The notes under the pieces are model-generated. The model had not been told where the DNA came from. It saw only the letters and a program-made list of their open reading frames with translations, and did not search any database. Both the position numbers and the translations under genes were made by a program. From IMG/VR virus record IMGVR_UViG_3300009506_000045, positions 1 through 52,675 of that record: a stretch of 52,675 nucleotides of DNA, one strand, 5' to 3'. This document shows positions 7,879 through 17,303 of the stretch, piece by piece; within the stretch, counting starts at the first letter, position 1, and each line of letters starts with the position of its first letter. Source of the DNA: a virus (taxonomy: Duplodnaviria; Caudoviricetes).

Positions 7879-10800
7879 ACCAACGATCAAGCGGATCACC
7901 GTCCCGAACCTCTTCGCCCCGGGCGAGGGTCGTCGGATCGATCGGCTTTCGTGGCGACCCGACCTGACGCTCGCTGACCTCGTGCCGGAGGGCTGGCGGC
8001 GAGATCGTACCTGGGCCCTGCACCACGGGAAACGGGTCAACCCCCGAGCGTGGCCGGAGCGCGAGGTCGGCCCAGGGGACGAGGTGCTCTTCGTAGCCGA
8101 CCCTCGAGGGGTCGAGGCCGCGTTGATCGGAATCGGGGTCTCGGCCTGGCTCGCGGCAACGGTCGCGTTCGTCGTCAACCTGGGCCTCTCGGTCGGTCTA
8201 TCGCTGCTCGCGCAGAAGCTCCTCGCGACGGACGACCCCGGGGAGGAGGCTTCGCCGACCTACTCCTTCGGCAACCTGACCATGACCACGAGGTCGGGGC
8301 AGACGATCCCCGTGGTCTACGGGGAGCACCGGGTGGCGGGGCAGGTGCTACAGGCGGTGCCGACGAAGGACGAGGGCGGGAACGACGTGCTCCAGCTCCT
8401 CGTCGGCCTATGCGAGGGGCCGATCCAGTCGATCGGGGGGCTGACCTCGGACCAGAACGCGCTCACGGGCTCCAGCATCCCTGACGGGATCCGGGTGAAC
8501 GGGAACGCGGCGAGCGACCTGGAGGGGGTCAAGGTCTGGACGCGGCTCGGCACGAAGGACCAGGAGCCGATCCCCGGCTTCGAGGCCCTGTCGTCGGTGG
8601 TCCCGATCGACGTTACCCTCGAGAAGGACGTAGCGGTCGAGAACACCACCGAGACGGCGGTGACGGCCTTTACGGTCGTGCTGCTTCACCCTGACGGCCT
8701 CTACCGCCAGACCTCGAAGGGTAAGATCCGGTCGGAGTCGGTCTGGTACCAGGTGCGCTGGAGGAAGAACGGCGAGGCTGCGTGGTACGGTAGCGAGACC
8801 GTCGAGTACCGGGACACGAAGACGGCCCCGTTTACGAGTCACTACCGAAACGACGAGCCGGGGCAGGTCTACGGGGAGGCGGTCACGATCGACGTGGAGG
8901 TGACCAGGCTCAGCGACGACTCGGACTACCGGCACCACCGGAGCCTCAACTGGAACGCGACGATCGAACGACAAGGGGATCTCGACCTGTCCTACACGCA
9001 CATAGCGTTGGTTGGGATCTCGATCCCGGCGCAGGCCCAGGCGAACAGCGACACCCCCACGGTGACCTCCAACCTCGAGGGGAAGAAGGTTTGGCAGTGG
9101 GACCCGACCGACCTGGAGCCCACGACGACGACCTGGTCCTTCGCCTACTCAGCTAACCCGGCTCACTGCCTCGCGGACCTGGCGCTCAACGAGCGTTACG
9201 GGGCAGGGAACATCTTCACGGCGTGCGACCTGGACCTAGACGCCCTGGACGCATGGCGGCAGTACTGCGACGAGCTGGTAGACGACCTCTCGGGTACCAG
9301 CACCATGGCCAAGCGCTGGGAGCTCGCGCTCGTGCTCGACAGCCCGATGAGCTTCTGGTCGGCGGCCGGCTTGATCTCCGCGGCAGGTCGGGCCCAGCTC
9401 CTGCTCGCCGGCCAGAAGCTCCGGGTCAAGATCGAGCGCGCGGTCGACCCGGTGCAGCTCTTCACCGTCGGCAACATCGAGCGGGACTCCCTCCGGATCC
9501 AGTACACCTCGGTCGAGGATCGACCGAACCTCGTCGAGGTCCAGATCCTCAACGCGGCGACCAACTACGAGCACGACTACGCCTCCCTGCAGGACGAGGA
9601 ACGGCTCGCGGCCACGGGGGCCGAGGTCCGAAAGGAGGAGGTGACCCTCTACGGCGTCACCGCGAAGTGGCGGGCGCTACGCCAGGCGCAGTACCTGCTC
9701 AACGTAGCAAAGCTCATGCTGACCGGGATCGAGTTTCGAGCGGGCGTGGACGCGGTGGCGCTCGAGCCGGGGGACGTCTTTGCCTTCCAGCACGACGTCC
9801 CGGACTGGGACAGCAGCTTCGGGGGTCGTTGCTACGCGGCGGCGGGCAACGCGACCGTGACGCTCGACCGTGAGCTGACCGTGACGTCGACGGACGAGGA
9901 GTGGCGGGTCTGGGCGCGCACCTCCGGGACCGGAGCCGACGTGCTGCAGGACCGTCGGATCGTGGCGGACGTCGGGACCTACGCGGCCGGAACCGAGCTG
10001 ACCCTGACGTCGGACTGGGACCCCGGGGACCGGCCGGCCCAGGGAGACGTCTACGCGGTGCTGAACGCGGCGGGCTCGTCTACGATCCGGTACTACCGGG
10101 CGGTGGAGGTCGAGCTCGCGGAGAGCCTTACGCGGCGGATCTCGGGTCTCGAGTACACGGCCGACCTGTACGACGACACCCCGGACCTCGTGGTGGACGA
10201 CGAGGCGGACGATCCGATCAACCGTGGAGCGATCCCGCCGAACCCCTCCAGCCTGACCCTGACCGAGGGGGGTGACTCGACCGGCTCGACGTTGACGGTG
10301 GCGGTGGTGCCGGCGGAGTGGCCCTGGCGTTACCCGCTCCGGGTCTACATGCGGGACGCGACGGAGGGGGAGACGGAGCTCGGCCTCGAGGCCGAGATCA
10401 CGAGCCGAAAACCGCACGTCACGCTCGACACGGTCGAGAACGGGCACACGTATGTCGTCGCGGTCGCTCCGGGGGCGGCGGACGGGTCGGTCTTCCGTGC
10501 CCCGGATCGAGGCATCACCGGGTCGATCACGCTCGAGGGGCCGGTCAACTTCCCCGACGACGTGACCGGGGTGGCGGTGACCCAGAACGAGACCTTCGTC
10601 GAGGTTACCTGGACGGGGATCGACGCGGACGTGAACGATTTCCGGGAGTACGTGGTTTGGCGCGGCCAGTCCTGGGCCCTGCGTCGTGAGCTTGCCCGGA
10701 TCGCGGACCCGTACACCACACGGCTGCAAACGACGGACTGGGCGGTCGGAGACGATTTCTTCGGGGTCCGGGTGCTCTCGAACACGAGCCTCTACAGCGA

Positions 10801-11353
10801 GGCCCCGGGGCTCACGACGGCGACCCTGGCGGTGCCCTCCGGGGAGTCGACCGACACGTCCCGGGACGAGGTAAGCCTGGGCTGGACCGGCACCAAGACC
10901 AACGTCACGGTCAACGGGAACGGGGAGCTCGAGCTCTCGGCCAGTCAGACCTCGGGGACCTACGTGTCGGGCACGGTGGACGAGGGATCGAGCGCGGCCC
11001 GTCGGGTCGGACTCAACGCGCAGGCCTGGCAGGACGACGCGACGGCCTGGGACGATCTCACCTCTACCTGGTCCGAGCTGACGACGACCTGGGACGCGGA
11101 GACGGGAACGTGGGCCTCTTATGATTCGATCTGGGACTCCCGGGCGGCGAAGCTCAGGTCATGGGAGGGATCGATCCCGAGCCAGCTCTGCACCCTGGAC
11201 CTGGCGATCTCACTCGACGGCGGGGACTACCAGGCTTACGTCCCCGGGGTGTACACTTATCAGACGGTCGCGTTTAGGCTGACCCTGGCGCGGGACGACG
11301 CCACCAACCGACAGGTACGGGTCGACGCGTGCCTGCTGACGACGAGCAGCTAG
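7868..11353 (+). CDS. Central tail tip/host specificity protein (gpI-gpJ-like fusion)
   Basis: N-terminal ubiquitin-like gpI segment; 'IPVVYGEHRVAG', 'LCEGPI', 'NPAHCLAD', 'LEPGDV'; FN3-like C-terminal part. Confidence 0.92.
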   Translation: MERRPTIKRITVPNLFAPGEGRRIDRLSWRPDLTLADLVPEGWRRDRTWALHHGKRVNPRAWPEREVGPGDEVLFVADPRGVEAALIGIGVSAWLAATVAFVVNLGLSVGLSLLAQKLLATDDPGEEASPTYSFGNLTMTTRSGQTIPVVYGEHRVAGQVLQAVPTKDEGGNDVLQLLVGLCEGPIQSIGGLTSDQNALTGSSIPDGIRVNGNAASDLEGVKVWTRLGTKDQEPIPGFEALSSVVPIDVTLEKDVAVENTTETAVTAFTVVLLHPDGLYRQTSKGKIRSESVWYQVRWRKNGEAAWYGSETVEYRDTKTAPFTSHYRNDEPGQVYGEAVTIDVEVTRLSDDSDYRHHRSLNWNATIERQGDLDLSYTHIALVGISIPAQAQANSDTPTVTSNLEGKKVWQWDPTDLEPTTTTWSFAYSANPAHCLADLALNERYGAGNIFTACDLDLDALDAWRQYCDELVDDLSGTSTMAKRWELALVLDSPMSFWSAAGLISAAGRAQLLLAGQKLRVKIERAVDPVQLFTVGNIERDSLRIQYTSVEDRPNLVEVQILNAATNYEHDYASLQDEERLAATGAEVRKEEVTLYGVTAKWRALRQAQYLLNVAKLMLTGIEFRAGVDAVALEPGDVFAFQHDVPDWDSSFGGRCYAAAGNATVTLDRELTVTSTDEEWRVWARTSGTGADVLQDRRIVADVGTYAAGTELTLTSDWDPGDRPAQGDVYAVLNAAGSSTIRYYRAVEVELAESLTRRISGLEYTADLYDDTPDLVVDDEADDPINRGAIPPNPSSLTLTEGGDSTGSTLTVAVVPAEWPWRYPLRVYMRDATEGETELGLEAEITSRKPHVTLDTVENGHTYVVAVAPGAADGSVFRAPDRGITGSITLEGPVNFPDDVTGVAVTQNETFVEVTWTGIDADVNDFREYVVWRGQSWALRRELARIADPYTTRLQTTDWAVGDDFFGVRVLSNTSLYSEAPGLTTATLAVPSGESTDTSRDEVSLGWTGTKTNVTVNGNGELELSASQTSGTYVSGTVDEGSSAARRVGLNAQAWQDDATAWDDLTSTWSELTTTWDAETGTWASYDSIWDSRAAKLRSWEGSIPSQLCTLDLAISLDGGDYQAYVPGVYTYQTVAFRLTLARDDATNRQVRVDACLLTTSS

Positions 11354-11366
11354 AGGAGCTTGACCT

Positions 11367-12134
11367 ATGGCCCAGACCTGGAACCTACCGATGGCCGGCG
11401 GGGACTCGATCTCCAGCAGCCGGGCGGTGCTGAACGACGGCCTGGAAGCGCTGCGAACGCTCCACTCCGGGACCTCGGCGCCGTCGAGCACGGTCGCCTA
11501 CATGCTGTGGGCCGACACGACGAACACGCTCTTGAAGATGCGCGACAGCGGGGACGCCTCCTGGCTCACGCTCGGGACCCTCGCGGCGAACCTGGGGCTG
11601 CTCCGGATCGACGGATCCAACGCCATGACCGGGGACCTCGACCTAGGGGGTAACTCGCTCGTTTTCGGGACGGCGGACGCCGACTCCTACCTGGCGGAGA
11701 CCGCGGACGACGTCGTGGCCATGAAGGTCGGGACAAGCTCGACGACGGTCATGGAGTGGGACGGGACCCTCGGTACCCCCATGGCGACGATCCGCGGTGG
11801 CCGGCTCGGGATCGATGCTGATAATGATACCTATCTCGACGGGGCGACCGGCAACGTGCTCGGGATCGTGACCGGGGGGACGGCGAGGGTCTACATCGGG
11901 AGCTATGGGCTCCGCGCGGCCGGAACGGCGAGCGCCCTCATGGCCAACGGCTCCGCGGTCTCCGCCGGGGACGCGTCCTACCTGACCCTGGTGAACCAGA
12001 ACGACACGACGGTGACCGGCACGACCTGCACCCTGGCCGGGGACACCACCCCGACGAACACGGCGCAGGACGGGTGGTTGATCGCGTGGCTCGGTACGCA
12101 GAAGATCCTGATCCCCTACTGGGTGACCACCTAG
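11367..12134 (+). CDS. Tail fibre / receptor-binding protein
   Basis: 'LNDGLEALRTLHSGTSAPS...MLWADT...LKMR' fibre N-terminus; 'MTGDLDLGGN' beta repeats. Confidence 0.75.
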   Translation: MAQTWNLPMAGGDSISSSRAVLNDGLEALRTLHSGTSAPSSTVAYMLWADTTNTLLKMRDSGDASWLTLGTLAANLGLLRIDGSNAMTGDLDLGGNSLVFGTADADSYLAETADDVVAMKVGTSSTTVMEWDGTLGTPMATIRGGRLGIDADNDTYLDGATGNVLGIVTGGTARVYIGSYGLRAAGTASALMANGSAVSAGDASYLTLVNQNDTTVTGTTCTLAGDTTPTNTAQDGWLIAWLGTQKILIPYWVTT

Positions 12135-12146
12135 GACGGAGGCCTC

Positions 12147-12458
12147 ATGCCCAGTGACTTCTACCCGCTCCCGGCGCAGGCCTACGCGAAGCTCCAGAAG
12201 CTCCGCTCGGCGGCCGAGGAGGCTACCCGCCGAGCGTGGTACTTCCTCGAGGCGGCGGCCAACGTGCTCGAGGTTCCGGAGGGTTACGTCTATGACCCCG
12301 AACGACGAGGGTTCAAACGGCCTGCAGGAGCGGGTCCGGAACCTCCTGACGGAGGTGGCGGACCTCCGTCGCTGGCGGGTAACCCAGGAGACGGCGCTCA
12401 CGAGGACGACGACGGAGCTCCGGGTGACGCGGGAGGAGGTCGAGAGGATGCGAGCTAA
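12147..12458 (+). CDS. Hypothetical protein (possible fibre chaperone)
   Basis: SD GGAGG; first ~58 aa look globular, the rest overlaps the next gene. Confidence 0.55.
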   Translation: MPSDFYPLPAQAYAKLQKLRSAAEEATRRAWYFLEAAANVLEVPEGYVYDPERRGFKRPAGAGPEPPDGGGGPPSLAGNPGDGAHEDDDGAPGDAGGGREDAS

Positions 12459-12597
12459 GCTCGAAGGCCTCGAGAGGACGGCCCAGCGGCTCGCCCTCGG
12501 GGTAGCGGAGTCGAAGGCCAAGCTCGCGGCGCTCGTCGTGATCGTGACGACCGTCGGTAGCGTGCTCGGTAACCTACTGATCCAGCTCCTGCGCTAG
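12292..12597 (+). CDS. Coiled-coil protein with C-terminal TM helix (holin/XhlA-like)
   Basis: SD GGAGG at 12278, ATG 12292; heptad region followed by 'LAALVVIVTTVGSVLGNLLIQLL'. Confidence 0.6.
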   Translation: MTPNDEGSNGLQERVRNLLTEVADLRRWRVTQETALTRTTTELRVTREEVERMRAKLEGLERTAQRLALGVAESKAKLAALVVIVTTVGSVLGNLLIQLLR

Positions 12598-12634
12598 GGC
12601 CTCCAGCTCCCGTCTGAGGATCCCTAATTCGGCT

Positions 12635-15313
12635 CTACGGCGGGGGCTCGCTGATGATGAGCCGGCGACCACCGCTCGGGGACCGTACCAGGCGTGGCTT
12701 CTCGGGAAGCCCCTCACGGGCGGTCTCCTTGAGCACGAGGTTCCCCACGTGGAAGCGCCCCGAGGTGCCGTAGCGGCCCTTGACCAGGTGAGGCGGCAGC
12801 TCACGGATGAAACGGTGGCGGGTCCATCCGCTCCGGTCGTCCGGTTCGAGCCAAGCTAGAAAGGCCTGATGCAGCTCCTGGGTCTCGATCGCGTAGCCGA
12901 CGGCCTCGCAGGTCTCCTCCTCCAGGAATAGCTCGATGTCGGAGGCCATGAGGTCCGCCCGGGCGAGCTTCTCGAGCGTGGCGATCGCGGGGATCCGCAG
13001 GCGCTCCTCGGCTGGGGGAAGCTCCAGCTCGAGCGAGGTCCGCAGGAACGCCCCCGCCTCCGCCTCGAGCTGGGAGCGGAGCACCCGGCGAGGGATCAAC
13101 GTCTCGGGTGGCGTGACCCGGATCAGCACGATCCGGGTGTCCCCGGGGAGCACTGGCACGTGGGAGGGATCGTTCGTCGCGTGGACCCAGTGGGTCGTGT
13201 TACGCACGGGGTAGGGGGTCCCGCCCTTCGGGTGGACCAGCAAGGTCGGGGACGTCACCCAGTCCTTCAACCGGTCGTAGGCGCCTTTGGCTCGAGCGAC
13301 GTTGACCTCCTCCACCACGCAGAGCACGGCGGACGCGAGCTCCCCGTTGAAGGCCCCCTGGGAGCGTAGGGCCACGTCGGCCTTTATGTAGCCACGCCCG
13401 TCCGCGAAAAGCAGCCCCAGGGCCTCGTGGAACGTGGACTTACCTCCCAGCTCGGGTCCAAAGAAGGCGAGGTAGGGGAGCGGCTCGGTAGGGTCCTGCA
13501 GCAGCGACGCGACCCAGCAGCGTAGGTAGTCCCCGCCGGTCGTGACCGCGTGCCGCTGGCACCACGAGGAAGCCAGCACACCCTCGGTCAGCAGGTGGCC
13601 GACGTGGTCGAGCATGAGGTCCCAGGTCGGACAGCCCCCCGCGGCCGGCGTGACCGCGAGCTGGGCAGCTCGATGATTCCAGCGGCGGTTACCTGGGTAC
13701 TCGGAGGCGAACGGTTCATTGACGAGCACCCACGGGCGAAGGATCGCCTTGCCGAGCAGGAGCTCGCTCTCGGCCCGCTGGTAGCTCAGAGCGTGGAGGG
13801 CCGAGCGAAGGTTATCCTTCGGCTCCCGGGACCAGCCGGAGCGGCAACGTACGTACCAGCCCGCGTCCTGGTCCTGCGCTACCACGTGCCGCACGACCTC
13901 CTCGGTCTCGGGATCCAGCAGGGCTGGGGTTACCTCCTCGACGAGGCGAACGACCCGCTCCCAGAAACGCCCGGTGTTGCTCCGTAGCCAACCCTCCGGA
14001 CCGCCCGGATCCTCGGGCTGCCGAGGGATCCTCACCACGTACCGGTGACGGCGTTTGACCGGCTCGATCGTGGCGGGCCGGTCTAGGTAGCCGTCCGGGG
14101 ACGGATAGTCGGTGACCCCGAGCAGCTTGAGAGCCTCCTCAACGAGATCGGCCCGCTCGAACGTGTAGCCTCCGGCCGCGGTCTCGGTGCCCAAGGAGGC
14201 GAGGCAGGCTTCTTCGAAGGTCGGCAGACGATTGTAGACGCAACGGGTCCACCCGCTGGCGTCTCGCGTCCACGTCGGGGCCTCCTGTACGCCTCGCCCG
14301 TGGCGGCGAACGATCCAGGCACCATCTCCCACGGGGAACGCGAAGCAGTTCTGCTCGGTGCTCCCGGACGAGACGGTGCGGAAGATCCCGCGGAGGCCGA
14401 GCTGACGGTGCGCCTCCGCGAGCTGGGACGTGTGGCAGACCAGCATATGCCGGTCAGGGTCCCACCACCACGTGACGTCCCGCTTGGCGAACCAGCCCAG
14501 GAGCAGGCGGTGCGTGGCGTCGAGGGGCACGTGCCGGGTCCCGGCGGCGACCTCCTCGAAGGCTCCCGCCTCCGGCTCCTTGAGGACGGGGGCCGAGATC
14601 ATCGCACGGCGTTTGCCGACCGCTCGGAGGTGGAGGCGCCAGCCGGGGGGCTCACCTTCGAGAGGTGCCCCCTGACGAAGCAGCTCGTAACCTCGGGCGT
14701 CGGCGTCCCGGTGCGCGATCCAAAGCACCTGCCCGCACGTGTCGACCTTGGTCTGCAGCGGGAACGAGCAGTGCGTCTCCGCGAGCGCTAGGATGCCTCG
14801 AGCGAGAGCAGCGTGCTCCCGGTGGTTTACGGTCTCGATCGGGGTACCCGGGACCACGTAGACGTGAAGGCCAAGCCCTGACGTCGAACGGCGAAGGGTG
14901 GCCCACGGGATCGCGGCGATCTCCTCGCGGAGCTGGTCAAGCTCCTCGGGGGTCAGGCCGGCCGCGTGGTTGACGATCGAGTCGAAGTCGAAGCCGACCC
15001 AACGCGAAACCCGAGCCTGCCAGTCCCATCCGGTGAGACCGATCCCCTCGAAGTGCTCCGCGAGGTCGTAGTCCATCGGGGTCGGCACGTAGCGAGGGTC
15101 GCTCCAAGCGTGCCACGGGACGCGAAACGGACGCCAGGTCGAGGTGCCGTCCGTCCACCCGTGGCTCCGTCGACCTCGGTAGGTGCCGTCGACGCGGTGT
15201 CCTCCGTCAGCGGCGACGGTAACCTGCACCTCCATCCCTGGATGGTACAACGCGGCGAGGTCGGGGCGAGCGCGCTCGTGCAGCAGCGCAGCGATAGCGT
15301 CGGTCTGGAGCAT
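12635..15313 (-). CDS. Primase-polymerase (AEP) fused to SF3/D5-like helicase
   Basis: AEP motifs 'FDFD' and 'STSGLGLHVY'; Walker A GPELGGKST, Walker B 'VVEE', motif C 'ATN', 'DTRI'. Confidence 0.9.
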   Translation of the reverse strand: MLQTDAIAALLHERARPDLAALYHPGMEVQVTVAADGGHRVDGTYRGRRSHGWTDGTSTWRPFRVPWHAWSDPRYVPTPMDYDLAEHFEGIGLTGWDWQARVSRWVGFDFDSIVNHAAGLTPEELDQLREEIAAIPWATLRRSTSGLGLHVYVVPGTPIETVNHREHAALARGILALAETHCSFPLQTKVDTCGQVLWIAHRDADARGYELLRQGAPLEGEPPGWRLHLRAVGKRRAMISAPVLKEPEAGAFEEVAAGTRHVPLDATHRLLLGWFAKRDVTWWWDPDRHMLVCHTSQLAEAHRQLGLRGIFRTVSSGSTEQNCFAFPVGDGAWIVRRHGRGVQEAPTWTRDASGWTRCVYNRLPTFEEACLASLGTETAAGGYTFERADLVEEALKLLGVTDYPSPDGYLDRPATIEPVKRRHRYVVRIPRQPEDPGGPEGWLRSNTGRFWERVVRLVEEVTPALLDPETEEVVRHVVAQDQDAGWYVRCRSGWSREPKDNLRSALHALSYQRAESELLLGKAILRPWVLVNEPFASEYPGNRRWNHRAAQLAVTPAAGGCPTWDLMLDHVGHLLTEGVLASSWCQRHAVTTGGDYLRCWVASLLQDPTEPLPYLAFFGPELGGKSTFHEALGLLFADGRGYIKADVALRSQGAFNGELASAVLCVVEEVNVARAKGAYDRLKDWVTSPTLLVHPKGGTPYPVRNTTHWVHATNDPSHVPVLPGDTRIVLIRVTPPETLIPRRVLRSQLEAEAGAFLRTSLELELPPAEERLRIPAIATLEKLARADLMASDIELFLEEETCEAVGYAIETQELHQAFLAWLEPDDRSGWTRHRFIRELPPHLVKGRYGTSGRFHVGNLVLKETAREGLPEKPRLVRSPSGGRRLIISEPPP

Positions 15314-15360
15314 GATGAAGAGAGCATACCCTGCTTTACACGCGAGGGCATCGTCGAAAC

Positions 15361-15475
15361 CGAACCTGGGAACCTAGGAACCTACGTTTTTGCCTCCCCC
15401 TCTACAGTTTGGTTGACCCTTGACCTTGTTCCTGACGGGGGATAGAAAACGGAGGTTCCTAGGTTCCAAGGTTCG
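15361..15475. promoter_or_regulatory. 30-bp inverted repeat made of GGAACCTA iterons in the divergent intergenic region
   Basis: CGAACCTGGGAACCTAGGAACCTACGTTTT (15361-15390) vs AAAACGGAGGTTCCTAGGTTCCAAGGTTCG (15446-15475), 2 mismatches. Confidence 0.85.
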
Positions 15476-15500
15476 TCCGTTTTGAGACGGTGGTCCCGCT

Positions 15501-16436
15501 ATGATACGGTTCGTGATCCTGGAGGGCTGGGACGAGGTCGGTAAGACCACGCTGGCCCGCTACCTGTGCAACGCGCTCCGCTACCCCTACGTGCATATCG
15601 GTGCACCGAACGGGGACCGGCGAGACGAGGAGGAGCACCACCAGGCCGTCAACCTACCCTGCGCGGTGATCGATCGAGGCTGGTGGTCCAACCGTATCTA
15701 CGCCCCCTTGGAGGCCGGTCGCAAACCGATGGCGCTCGAGACGGTGCGGTGGTTGGAGCTCGCGGCGGCGGACTGCGCGATGGTGCTGGTCGACTGTGAT
15801 CCCGCTACATTGGCGGCGCGGTTGCGGCACGCGGACGCGTGGTCGGACCTGCTTCCCCCCGCGAGAGCTCTCGCGCACGTACGACGCACGCTCGCGGGAA
15901 CCAGGGTTCCGCCACGACGGCGGTTCGTCTACTGGACGGGGAGCGAGGCCTTACTCCCCGCGCAGGCCTGGGGTACGGTGCTCTCGCACCCGGCGGAGCT
16001 CGTGGCGGAGCTACGTCTCCTCTCGGCCGCGTACCCTGGTTGGCGCACGCACGGCGTCGGTAACCCGTACCTCGCGCAGGCGGCGCTCGTCGGGGATCGG
16101 CATCCGCGCGGAGGTCGCCCGTTCGAGCGGTCTCGTTCCGGGACGTACCTGCTGCGCGCGCTCGAGGAGCGCGCATGGACGACGGACGACCTGTACATCA
16201 CGAACGCGTGGCACAACCCAGCCCTAGCGGACGAGCTCCGCTTCATCGGCCGCAACGGCCGACCGATCGTCGCGCTCGGGGAGGAGGCGCAGAACGTGTG
16301 CCAGTTCGAGGCGTTTACGTCCGACCCGCTACGGCACCCGCAGTTCTGGTCCCGGTTCCGCCATCATCGTATAGGCGACTACGCCGCCCGCCTCGGAGCG
16401 GCGCTGGGCTTCGGCCCGCGGATCGATCCTGAATGA
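15501..16436 (+). CDS. dNMP (thymidylate)-kinase-like domain fused to a uracil-DNA glycosylase-superfamily domain
   Basis: 'ILEGWDEVGKTT' and 'IDR' kinase motifs; C-terminal 'GVGNP..LVGDRHP..PF..SG..L..YITNA..IVALG..A..HP' UDG-fold motifs. Confidence 0.75.
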   Translation: MIRFVILEGWDEVGKTTLARYLCNALRYPYVHIGAPNGDRRDEEEHHQAVNLPCAVIDRGWWSNRIYAPLEAGRKPMALETVRWLELAAADCAMVLVDCDPATLAARLRHADAWSDLLPPARALAHVRRTLAGTRVPPRRRFVYWTGSEALLPAQAWGTVLSHPAELVAELRLLSAAYPGWRTHGVGNPYLAQAALVGDRHPRGGRPFERSRSGTYLLRALEERAWTTDDLYITNAWHNPALADELRFIGRNGRPIVALGEEAQNVCQFEAFTSDPLRHPQFWSRFRHHRIGDYAARLGAALGFGPRIDPE

Positions 16437-16454
16437 GACGCCGACGAAAACGGC

Positions 16455-16483
16455 TTGACGGTCACGGTATCCTGGGTTACGCT
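16455..16483 (+). promoter_or_regulatory. sigma70-type promoter for the replication operon
   Basis: TTGACG-N17-TACGCT, ~100 nt upstream of ATG 16587. Confidence 0.6.
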
Positions 16484-16586
16484 TGCGTTGGTTCGCTCCT
16501 GAGCAGGGCCCCATCCATGGCGTCGGTCGTCGGGTGGGGCTCGCCTTTATCGATACAGATCCACACCCTACTAAGGACCCCCGACC

Positions 16587-17303
16587 ATGAGCAACGTTCC
16601 GAAGCCCAGCACCGGCGGCCTTCCCGCCATGTTTACCCAGAAGCAGGACCCGGCCTTCTTCGCGGAAACGATGTCGCGAGGACCGACGACGAACCTGCTC
16701 CAGTACATCCTCCTCCAGAGCCACCAGTCGAAGCTCGTCCGGGATCCAAACAGCCCGATCAAGGCAGGTACGTTTACGATCGGCCCGAAGGCCACCGACC
16801 TGGGCCCGTCGTTCATGGCGGTCGTCGGCCCGTTCAAGCCTCACGCGCGTTACACGGTACGGGGCGCGGTGCAGCGCGAGTCGTTCGACGCTGGTTCGGC
16901 GGACTTCGAGTGGATCATCCAGAAGGAGCTCGAGCTACACGCGGCCAACCAGAGCGGTCACATAGCTCGGACGGGCGTCGACGTGCTCCTCTGGGTGCCC
17001 AAGGTGCAGGCCTTCGGCTCCTACTTCATCACCGGCACGGCCAAGGACGAAGCCAAGGACGTCCCGAACCTGCTCGGGAAGGTCGTGCTGATCGGCTGCC
17101 GAGAGATCGTGACGAAGGTCTCGCAGTGGCACGTCCCGAGCTTCGAGGAGGTCAAGGAGGTTCCGCCCGACCTGGCGGTACCGACCGAGGACGCCCTCCA
17201 GAAGGCCGCGCGGGCGTTCACGCAGGGTGTGCGGGCCGCTGCTGACCCGGGTGCTGATTCGAGTGCCGATCCGGGTGCCGAGCGAAACGCCCGCCCCCGA
17301 TGA
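16587..17303 (+). CDS. Putative ssDNA-binding/replication protein
   Basis: First gene of the helicase-polymerase operon; beta-rich core with a flexible low-complexity tail; call is positional. Confidence 0.45.
   Translation: MSNVPKPSTGGLPAMFTQKQDPAFFAETMSRGPTTNLLQYILLQSHQSKLVRDPNSPIKAGTFTIGPKATDLGPSFMAVVGPFKPHARYTVRGAVQRESFDAGSADFEWIIQKELELHAANQSGHIARTGVDVLLWVPKVQAFGSYFITGTAKDEAKDVPNLLGKVVLIGCREIVTKVSQWHVPSFEEVKEVPPDLAVPTEDALQKAARAFTQGVRAAADPGADSSADPGAERNARPR

Noticed and set aside
16433-17245. 270-aa Arg-rich ORF
   Set aside because: Out-of-frame overlap with the better 16587..17303 gene and spans the predicted promoter
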